A stretch of DNA of 64,000 nt from the NCBI RefSeq assembly GCF_003918875.1, contig NW_025764891.1, positions 2,232,001 to 2,296,000 of the forward strand, written 5' to 3'. The translations under genes and the position numbers were made by a program. The notes below the pieces were generated by a model that saw only the letters and a program-made list of their open reading frames with translations, had not been told where the DNA came from and did no database searches. Shown in pieces: positions 13,149-24,900 of this stretch. Each line of letters starts with the position of its first letter. The first letter of the stretch is position 1. This DNA comes from Haliotis rubra. Its lineage: Eukaryota.

Positions 13149-13950
13149 AACAAATCCATAGACAGATGTCAAAAGAAGACAAATTCGTCTGTAGTTAGTG
13201 GATATCTTTCCATATGTACAACAGAACACTGCTGAACCTCACCGATGTGCGTCAGTCTTCATTCTACTGCCCCTGACGTATCCGAAATTATCGCGTTTCG
13301 CAACATTATGTCAACCATTCTGTAAATACTTAACTTGCTGTAATATCTAATGAATGTCAATCTGTCAGTTGAAACGTGTCACTCGGATGAGCACTTCATT
13401 ATTCATGGCTTCGAGCGTGACAGTAATGGACAACTGAATTACCAACATGAATGTATCGCCACACATTCATGACACACGGAAGTGATATCACCAGACGAAA
13501 TATTTCCCCTTTTCAACAAGCGGTAATTGGCAAACTTCGCTCAGTGATTACTCTCTGTCGTCCCGAGGTCATGTGTCATGGTGACTTGTCAAGAGAAATC
13601 GTGAAAAATTTGCCGAGCGATCCATTCGGACTTGGGCGAGTCGATTACAACTCTCAGGTAGTTTAGCTTAAGTGTTTCTTTGCATTCTTTCGCCCAGTGA
13701 CACAAAACAGCCCGTGTTAGCTTAGTTCACTTTGACCCAAATAAAATACGGAAATTGAACACTCCGTATTGAATCACAATAGATCAAAACGAATTGAATG
13801 CACTGAATTGTGTACCGAATCCAACGGAAACGCCCCTATATGCACAGTCGTCCGGCACACGCCAGTGGTATATGGTACAGCATAGAGGCAGTATATTTAC
13901 ACAGTGGGAGTCACGGACTGTGTGATACGTATCAGAGCCCTCCATCAGCC

Positions 13951-15791
13951 ATGAAACATCTTACTGCGAAAGAGAAGAAGGTGTACACGGATGTTTTTAA
14001 TGATGTTGATGTTAACGGCGATGGGTGCATATGCAAATCGGAGATCGGGCAATTGTGTGTGAAGTTGGGGTTTGTTTTCGACGATTCACAAGTCGAGGTA
14101 AGACTTGTCTGTTTACCTTCATGACAACGATACTGCAGTAGAGCATGTCTAAGCATTTGCTGTTACTGTTTCAGTACAAGACCAAGAGGTAATTTCTAAA
14201 CACAATTACGAGACCAGGGGTGTCTCAGATTTTGGGCGGTGGGGTAGCCTAGTGGTTAAAGCGTTGGCTCGTCACGCCGAAGACCCGGGTTCGATTCCCC
14301 ACATGGGTACAATGTGTGAAGCCCATTTCTGGTGTCCCCCGCCGTGATATTGCTGGAATATTGCTAAACTTGGCGTAAAACCAAACTCACTCACTCACTC
14401 ACTATTATACAATAGATTTTGTATTTTGGTGGTGCCAGAAAGCTTCGATGCTGGTTCGACCTGTTCGTCACGATTATTTTGCAAAGTTTGTCTGCACCAT
14501 CCCCGAGTTCGTGGACTTAATGAGGCGGTGGGGTAGCCTAGTTGTTAAAATGTTTGCTCGTCACGCCGAATACCCGGGTTCTATTCCTCACATGGGAACA
14601 ATGTGTGACGCCCATATCTGGTGTCCCCCGCCATGATATTGCTGGAATATGGTTAAAAGCGACGTAAAACCATACTCACTGACTCTAAGTTGGAGTTATA
14701 GGCGTGACATGGTATGATCACTGGCGGTTCAGAAGGGTCCTCGAACCCCACCCCACCCCCTTTGAAAATGAAATCCACACTGAAGATTTTTTTGCGTTGT
14801 CAGGGTTTCGAACCCTGAACAACCCCACCCACCCCTTTCAAAATTCCTGGATCCGCCCATGTATGATGGAGTCTACAAATGAGATGCCTGCATTGACTAA
14901 TGATTTGATATATACCTATATTTCCAGCAACTATTTACTGAGCTTGACAAGGACAACAGTGGTACAGTGACATTAGACGAGTTCCTGTCTGTCATGCAGC
15001 CAATCAAGAAAGAGAAAAAAAGGTACGAAAATTTGCAATTTCACGTCCTATCATCCTCGTGGGGCGGTGGGGTAGCCTAATGGTCAAAGTGTTCGCTCGT
15101 CACGTCAAAGGCCCAGGTTCGATTCCCAACATGGGTACAATGCGTGAAGTCCATTTCTGGTGTTCCCCGCCGTGATATTGCTGGAATTTTGCTAAAAGCG
15201 GCGTAAACCCCAACTCACTCACTCACTGTCATCCTCGTTTATCGGGTATATTGTATTTTCAATATGTTATGATATATATAACCTCGACAAATTAGACATA
15301 ATAGCTTCGTTCGGAGGACGGTTGGAATGACAATACGCCACGAATAGCCGTCCAAATGTGACCCCGTGTTGGTTGGTTCCTTCATTATTCAAATCTATTT
15401 GAGTGAGTGAGTTTAGTTTTACGCCGCACTCATTGATGACCGTGTCTGTGAGCAGTTCGGGAGAGCGGTGTGGTAACCTAGAACCGGATACGATTCCCCA
15501 GATTGGGAAATATTGCTAAAAGCGACGTAAAACTCACTCACACACTTGTAAACTCTTTACAGATGTGCTACAATCAGGCGAATGTTTAAAAAGGCAGACA
15601 TCAACAAAGATGGCTTCCTTACTGCAGACGAACTCCAGGTTGCTTTGTCGTCCGCTGCGGATGAGGGTGTGGAGCCACTTCCCATGAGCGAAGTGCAACG
15701 TCTCATCAGCTCCATCGACACCAACGGCGACGGTAAACTCAACTATGAAGAGTTTCTGCTGCTACTCAAGCCTGTTGCAACATCGTCATGA
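13951..15791 (+). CDS. Calmodulin-like four-EF-hand Ca2+-binding protein, 156 aa, 3 exons, intact
   Basis: Exons 13951-14097, 14928-15022 and 15563-15791 join in frame (471 nt). EF loops DVNGDGCICKSE, DKDNSGTVTLDE, DINKDGFLTADE, DTNGDGKLNYEE. Too divergent to be calmodulin itself. Confidence 0.9.
14234..14403 (+). mobile_element. SINE family A, near-consensus full-length copy (intron 1 of the EF-hand gene)
   Basis: GGGCGGTGGGGTAGCCTAGTGGTTAAAGCG...GGTTCGATTCCCC...(ACTC)n tail. Confidence 0.9.
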
Positions 15792-18700
15792 CACAGACGT
15801 CAGCTCGGTGTTAAATCGCTACCTGTATTTAATATATAAACTGCTTGTTTTTTGTAAACTTTGTCATGTTGTATATTAATACCGGCGGTGTGGCAGCCCA
15901 GTAGCTAACACGTGGTCGCTCGTCACGCCGAAAAATCAGGTTCCTTTCGCCTCATTAATATAACATGTGAAGTCCATTTCTGGTGTTCCCCGCCGTGTTA
16001 TTGCTGTAATTTTGCTAAAATGCGGCGAAAAACCATAGCTACTCATTAGTGAGTGAGTGAGTTTAGTTTTACGCCGCACTCAGCAATATTCCAGCTATAT
16101 GGCAGCGGTCTGTAAATAATCGAGTCTGGACCAGACAATCCAGTGATCAACAGCATGAGCATCGATCTGCGCAGTTGGGAACCGATGACACGTGTCAATC
16201 AAGTCAGCGAGCCTGACCACCCGATCCCGTTAGTCGCCTCTTACGACAAGCGTGGGTTACTGAAGATCAATATTCTAACCCGGACCTTCACGGGTAAGCT
16301 ACTAATTAACGGATATGTACCCCAAGGGAGTAATGCATCATGATGATAATAATATTGTACGAAATTGAAGATCAGAAGCTAACAAATTACCTGACATGGT
16401 TTGTTAGCTCTCTTTTTTTTTAACGCCTCACTGGGCAGTGAACCCGTGGAGATCCGGGCTAGAATTGGTCATCAGTACCCCATGCTTGTCATAAGAGGCG
16501 ACTAACGGGATCCGATGGTCATGCTCGCTGAACTGGTTGACACATGTCATCGGTTCCCCATTGCGTAGAACGATGTTCATGATGTTGATCACTGGGTTAC
16601 CTTGTCGATTATTTACAGACCACCGCCATGTAGCTGGAATATTGTTGAGTGCGACGTTCAATAACAATCAGTTAATCAGTCGACAGTGTAAAGAGTTATG
16701 TCAGCGGCCTCTAAGTGATCGTGTCTCGAGTCAGTCAATCCGGTGATTGATACTGTGAGTAACATTTTTTTGTGTGTATCACAAACGCACGGATTATGGG
16801 TATTATTGTTTGCGGTATTTTACATGAGCAGGATTGATACTCTGTTATGGATAAGAGCATGTGTGTGCTGACAAGGACATGCAACTAGGGGTTTCTTGCA
16901 ACATTTATTGAAAGAATTACAAAAACACAGAACACTAAACGAAAGTACATCAAGTGACAAGTTGATGCCGAGGTAAGATGCGCTTCAACCGACACTGAAG
17001 AGTTGTGTCCCTTAGCACGAGTTGTCTCCCCTTAATTTTGCAAAATATAACAGTTATCGCAGTTTTCTCACCAAAGTACATTGTTGGCGTGACATGCTGG
17101 CTGTGTTGTGTAGAAACCGGTAGCTTTGTTTATCTAAATGACCCAAGTGATACAACTGCAGCTTAATGCGCGGCCATACACAAACTTCTCCATTACATTC
17201 GTACACAAATCGAAACAAGAACAACATGAAAAGTCGAATCGCAAAACTGACACGACTGGAATAAATAGCTGGAAAAGGTAAAGTTCCGTCGCTACAGTGT
17301 AAATAAGCGGTTGGTATTTTCACAATTGCTTGTACACCATTAGTAGCTTCAGTTATACCAGCAATAGACTTGAACCGTGAGGTATATCCCAATACAACCA
17401 ATGTCTAACTCCATACAGCATCAGCTGGACGCCCGGTACCTCCTGGTTTAAGTGCATGACGGATCCTGCTTCTGGGGGAGGTCTTCCATGGCTGTACCTG
17501 GCTTGCTGGGATCTGTTGACAAGAGTGTGAGTTTAGTTTTACGCTGCTTTTAGCAATATTTCAGCAATATTAAGGCGAGGGACACCAGAAATGGGCTTCG
17601 CACATTGTACCCATATGGGGAATCGAATCCGGGTCTTCGGCGTGACGAGCGAACGCTTTAACCACTAGGTTACCCCACCGCCCTGTTGACAACAGTGTTC
17701 GTATAGGACTTTTTTGTAGATGATAAATGGCGACTACCTGATATTTTTGTGGGGTTTTTTGTGTTTGTTTTAAATGTTGTACAAACACAGTATCTGAAAG
17801 TAGAAGTAGAACTCTAATGGGGAATAATTAGAAGTATTTACCCTGAAGTTATCAGGAATAATGGAGTCATTGGACATGTTTTGTTGGATATTTTGTGTTT
17901 TAATAATATTTGGAAAATGATTTGAAAGCATTAACATGTTCATGAGTAGAATGTGTCATCAGTTCCCAATTGCGCAGATCGATGCTCATGCTGTTGATCA
18001 CTGGATTGTCTGGTCCAGACTCGATTATTTACAGACCGCCGCCATATAGCTGGAATATTGCTGAGTGCAGCGTAAAACTAAACTCATTCACTCACTCACT
18101 GTAAGGCATCACTTAACCATCTGGTTGATAATGTATACAGTTTTTAATGAAGCATAGTGAACGGATTTTGAGTCCAGTTCCGAAAACGAACCGAACATAA
18201 GGATTAGTGCTTACATAATACACCATGTATTTTGGCCCCGTGTTCATGTATCAAATGTTCTGGGGTATGGTCTTTTTTGTCTCATGATGACGGGCAGGTT
18301 AAGAGTATCCTCATAACATACTTTACAGAGAGACCAAAGTGAACCCCACTACATGCCTACTATAAAACTGACTGATGGATTTTTCTGATATCACGGGTTT
18401 TTTAATGTTTATAACTCCACGTCTCATATTATCATCACCAAAGTAGAAAGTCCCAGTTTGTTACTTGCATATGTTACCCGTGAAGATCCGGGTTAGAATA
18501 TTGATCTTCAGTAACCCATGCTTGTCGTAAGAGGCGAATAACGGGATCCGGTGATCAGGCTCGCTGACTTGGTTGACACATGTCATCGGTTCGAATTCCC
18601 AATTGCGCAGATCGATGTTCATGCTGTTGATCACTGGATTGTCTGGTCCAGATTCGATTATTTACAGACCGCTGCCATATAGCTGGAATATTGCTGAGTG

Positions 18701-18951
18701 CGGCGTAAAATTAAACTCACTCACTCACTCACTTGTATATGTTCCTACAGATGCAAATTACATTATTTATTTGTTTGTTTGTTGCTTAGCGACGCACTCA
18801 ATAATATTCCAGCTATATGGTGGCGACAATCCAGTGATCCACAGCATGAGCATCGATCTACGCAAGCATGGGTTACCACCATGAATTGAGCATGACTAAA
18901 TTAATCATTCTCAACTGACCGTCAGGAATGGCCAAGGAACTCAGATTTTGA

Positions 18952-21900
18952 TTATAAGGAAGGTTCGGCGATACCTGAGTCATCTTTCCTCCTCTTCCTT
19001 GAGAAGAGAATGAGGTCAGCAACCTCGATGAAGGTGAGGATACTTCCGCCCAGACACAACCCGATACTTCCGCCAATGTCACCTGGAATTACACAGAGCG
19101 TACCTCTTCACTACACAAGGTTTAGCATCGGATGACAGCTGGTAGGAAGATTGTTCATAATTAATTCATTCAGGACCGAATAACTCCAAACTATAAGTGC
19201 TGTCATTTGACTTAGTGAGAATGTGAGATACAAAGAGACAAAATCATTAATTTAAATGACTGTTACTCAAGTGTGGTGTCTTTTAGATCCACGATGGCAC
19301 ACTGGTGGCCAAGGTAAGCAAGCTGATAAAAGTGCAGCTCATTTGGGTTGATGGTGGCATATCGCTGGCGACAGTCTAGCACTGTTTAATCTGGTCGTAG
19401 GGTCAACTGGTTGTTTCCGCAATAAATCTGTGATATTTCGCTGAATGTATGGTCAGTCTTTTTTAATTGTTCTTCTCTCTCGCTGTTGAATGCTTTTAAA
19501 TATTAGACATATTCAGACATATTCTAATTCAACTACGTGACAACTGCCTGTGAGTATTCGAGACTGAACCAGGCAAACCATGATCACTTTTATGAACACG
19601 CCATCGGGTATGATTACACACAATCAACTAACGGGTGTTGTCATATTATATTAATCTACTCGAACCCGGCATTCTCACAGGATCATGAATAAAACTGAAT
19701 AACATGTCTTCACCTAAAGGACAATACTTACATACGAGTCCTTCCACAGAGTAGGCTTCGGACTTGACTCTTTCCTCAACGCTCAGGTCCTCGAAGTAGA
19801 TATTCACGTTCAGCACGTTGTCCCTGAATAATAATTGAACGACACTTGTAATGATTCCAATGACCTTTGGAAGATTGTAGGATCATTAATTAGTTTTTGT
19901 TGTGTCTCGGAGCGAATCATAACGACTCGTGGACAAATGAGTATTGCTTTATTTCGGGTCTGTTTACTGCTTCCATTCATTTTCACATATAGAAGTCATA
20001 TATTTTTGGACATCACTCCAAGAGCTGTAGGTGTCATTAACACAGGATCTCGTTCCATGAATTTAGCTAATTGGCTCGCAAACCAACGCAGCCTTTGTTT
20101 GTTTTGGGAAGTCAAAGTACGACTGGTAGGTTCGACTGACGCGACCTAGGGTGGTTTCAATGAAATCGATATTGGTTATCCTCTGGTTTTGACCATTATG
20201 TTTAAAAGCCATTGAATATGAAACCAAGAAATAAGAACGGAGCATAAACTCATTCAAAAACTCACTGATAAAAGGAAGGCTGAAGAAAAGTGTATAGCGG
20301 CTGTTTGAGCTTGATCAGGTGGGAGACCGACGGCATGTTCTGGAACTGCACCACGTACGTCAGCAACATCTGTATCAGGCGTTCAATCCTCCTGATGTCG
20401 TCTACAGCATTGTTGTAGTGCAGCTGGGACAGGCTCCCAGCCTTGAGATGATTGGTCGGTGAGCCGTCACGTGATCGCTTGTTGATAGTCTGGATCCAGA
20501 AGTATACCTTGTCAAGGTCCCTTCGGATGGTTTCAAAATGAATTTGAAGAGAGCCCTTCATTAATCTTATTCGGTAAAACTCATTTTTAGGTTGCACGGC
20601 ATCATTCGCAAGCGTTGTTTCCAAACCCCACTTTAGTGAGTTTGTGGACCAGAACGTCGCGTTGTCGAATCTTTGACGTAGGGATCCGCTGACATCTTTC
20701 AGATAATTAACCAACAAATCTGCATACTCTGCTCGAGTACGGTTTCCTTCAGAGTCGTTTACAACTGCTTCTAAACTGACGTTATTGAACAATGTTGCAG
20801 CATCTTCTGAAAATGATACCAGTGAACGCTTCAGGTCTGCTAGACAGTGGAGCTGCTGACGTACATTATCAGCCATGATGGCCAGAAGATCAGTATAGGC
20901 AGGGTCAAGGTCGTTCAGCAAGCCCCAGAACTGGACTTTAAGAGCCTCATTAACATCTGTCAGAGATGGTCGGTCATGGGAGCTCTGTTTTGACGCTTGG
21001 GTTGATTTGTCTGCTAGAGATAGCCTGCTCGCATATTGGCGAGAAATAGCAGTTTGAGACAGAGTCTGGGAGAAGTGTTCTGAGCGGCAGAGGAAACGGA
21101 CAGTCGCAGTGCTTGGTCATCCCGCTGCTGTAGAATAGCCCTGTCAAAGACACATGTTATCCTGTATTGTTTCTAGGCAACAGAGACTGTTGATTGCCAG
21201 TGATTAGGGACCAAACCTCAATATTAGGTTACTGTATAAAGTTAATCATTTTGGGGGTCTTTTGTTTGAAAGAAAGACACGAACAATCGCCACCCCATAC
21301 ATCTCCTCCGTGTCACTACCCTACACTTTGTCCACGTATCTGCCCCTTCAGACACACATATCCACCATGCATTGCCTTGCGCACCACCACCGCATCTCCA
21401 TTTCTTCTTCCACATCAGTGCGGTGGGTAGCCTAGTGGTTGAAGTGTTCGTTCATCACGCCGAAGACCCGGGTTCGATTCCCTTCATGCGTACAATGTAT
21501 GAAGCCCATTTCTGATATCCCCCGCCGTGATTTTGCTGGAATGTTGTTAAAACGGCGCAAAACTAAGCTCACTCACTCTTCCATATAACTACCCAACACT
21601 TCGTCGATGTTCGCTTCAACATGCCCACCAATCATCTCCTAGATGTTCTTTTCAACATCACTACCCAACATCTCCTAGATGTTCTTTTCAACATCACTAC
21701 CCACCTTCTCCTAGATGTACTCTTCAACATCATTACCCATCTTCTCCTAGATGTCCTCTTCAACATCACTACCCAACATCTCCTAGATGTTCTCTTCAAC
21801 ATCACTACCCATCTTCTCCTAGATGTTCTTTTCAACATCAATACCCAACATCTCCTCAATGTTCTTTTCAACATCACTACCCAACATCTCCTCAATGTTC

Positions 21901-24900
21901 TCTTCAACATCACTACCCAAACATCTCCTCGATGTTTCTTCAATATCACTACCAAACATCTCCTCAATGTTCTCTTCAACATCAATACCCAACATCTCCT
22001 AGATGTTCTTTTCAACATCAATACCCAACATCTCCTCGATGTTCTCTTCAACATCAATACCCAACATCTCCTCAATGTTCTCTTCAACATCACTACCCAA
22101 CATCTCCTCAATGTTCTTTTCAACATCACTACCAAACATCTCCTCGATGTTCTCTTCAACATCAGTACCCAACATCTTCTAGATGTTCTTTTCAACATCA
22201 CAACCCATCTTCTACTAGATGTTCTCTTCAACATCACTACCCATCTTCTCCTAGATGTTCTCTTCAATATCACTACCCAACATCTCCTCAATGTTCTCTT
22301 CAACATCAATACCAAACATCTCCTAGATGTTCTCTTCAACATCACTACCCATCATCTCCTAGATGTTCTTTTCAACATCAATACCCAACATCTCCTCGAT
22401 GTTTCTTCAATATCACTACCCAACATCTCCTCAATGTTCTCTTCAACATCAATACCCATCATCTCCTAGATGTACTCTTCAACATCACTACCCATCATCT
22501 CCTAGATGTTCTTTTCAACATCACTACCCATCTTCTCCTAGATGTTCTCTTTAACATCACTACCCATCTTCTCCTAGATGTTCTCTTCAACATCACTACC
22601 CATCATCTCCTAGATGTTCTCTTCAACATCACTACCCATCATCTCCTAGATGTTCTCTTCAACATCACTACCCATCATCTCCTAGATGTACTCTTCAACA
22701 TCACTACCCAACATCTCCTAGATGTTTCTTCAATATCACTACACATCAACTCCTAGATGTTCTTTTCAAACTCACTAACCATCATCTCCTAGCTGTTCTT
22801 TTCAACATCAATACCCAACATCTCCTCAATGTTCTCTTCAACATCAATACCCAACATCTCCTCAATGTTCTCTTCAACATCACTACCCAAACATCTCCTC
22901 GATGTTTCTTCAATATCACTACCAAACATCTCCTCAATGTTTTCTTCAACATCAATACCCAACATCTCCTCAATGTTCTTTTCAACATCAATACCCAACA
23001 TCTCCTCGGTGTTCTCTTCAACATCAATACCCAACATCTCCTCAATGTTCTTTTCAACATCACTACCAAACATCTCCTTGATGACCTCTTCAACATCACT
23101 ACCCAACATTTCCTAGATGTTCTTTTCAACATCACTACCCAACATCTCCTCAATGTTTTCTTCAACATCAATACCCAACATCTCCTAGATGTTCTCTTCA
23201 ACATCACTACCCATCATCTCCTAGATGTTCTCTTCAACATCACTACCCATCTTCTCCTAGATGTTCTTTTCAACATCAATACCCAACATCTCCTCAATGT
23301 TCTTTTCAACATCACTACCCAACATCTCCTCAATGTTCTCTTCAACATCACTACCCAAACATCTCCTCGATGTTTCTTCAATATCACTACCAAACATCTC
23401 CTCAATGTTCTCTTCAACATCAATACCCAACATCTCCTCAATGTTCTTTTCAACATCAATACCCATCATCTCCTCGATGTTCTCTTCAACATCAATACCC
23501 AACATCTCCTCAATGTTCTCTTCAACATCACTACCCAACATCTCCTCAATGTTCTTTTCAACATCACTACCAAACATCTCCTCGATGTTCTCTTCAACAT
23601 CACTACCAAACATCTCCTCGATGTTCTCTTCAACATCAGTACCCAACATCTTCTAGATGTTCTTTTCAACATCACAACCCATCTTCTACTAGATGTTCTC
23701 TTCAACATCACTACCCATCTTCTCCTAGATGTTCTCTTCAATATCACTACCCAACATCTCCTCAATGTTCTCTTCAACATCAATACCAAACATCTCCTAG
23801 ATGTTCTCTTCAACATCACTACCCATCATCTCCTAGATGTTCTTTTCAACATCACTACCCAACATCTCCTCGATGTTTCTTCAATATCACTACCCAACAT
23901 CTCCTCAATGTTCTCTTCAACATCAATACCCAACATCTCCTAGATGTACTCTTCAACATCACTACCCATCATCTCCTAGATGTTCTTTTCAACATCACTT
24001 CCCATCTTCTCCTAGATGTTCTCTTTAACATCACTACCCATCTTCATCTACCCCTAGATGTTCTCTTCAACATCACTACCCATCATCTCCTAGATGTTCT
24101 CTTCAACATCACTACCCATCATCTCCTAGATGTTCTCTTCAACATCACTACCATCAAACATCTCCTCAATGCATCTCCTAGATGTTTCTTCAATATCACT
24201 ACACATCAACCCTAGATGTTCTTTTCAAACTCACTAACCTCATCTCCTAGCTGTTCTTTTCAACATCATTACCCAACATCATCAATGTTCTCTTCAACAT
24301 CACTACCCAACATCTCCTCAATGTTCTCTTCAACATCACTACACCCAAACATCTCCTCAATGTTTCTTCAATATCACTACCAAACATCTCCTCAATGTTC
24401 TCTTCAACATCAATACCCAACATCTCCTCAATGTTCTTTTCAACATCAATACCCAACATCTCCTCGATGTTCTCTTCAACATCAATACCCAACATCTCCT
24501 CAATGTTCTTTTCAACATCACTACCAAACATCTCCTTGATGACCTCTTCAACATCACTACCCAACATTTCCTAGATGTTCTTTTCAACATCACTACCCAA
24601 CATCTCCTCAATGTTCTCTTCAACATCACTACCCAACATCTCCTCAATGTTCTTTTCAACATCACTACCCAACATCTCCTCGATGTTCTCTTCAACATCA
24701 GTACCCAACATCTCCTAGATGTTCTCTGCAACATCACTACCCATCTTCTCCTAGATGTTCTCTTCAACATCACTACCCAACATCTCCTCGATGACCACTT
24801 CAACATCAGTACCCAACATCTCCTCGATGTTTCTTCAACATCATTACCCAACGTCTCCTCGTTGTTTCTTCAACATCACTACCCAACATCTCCTCAATGT

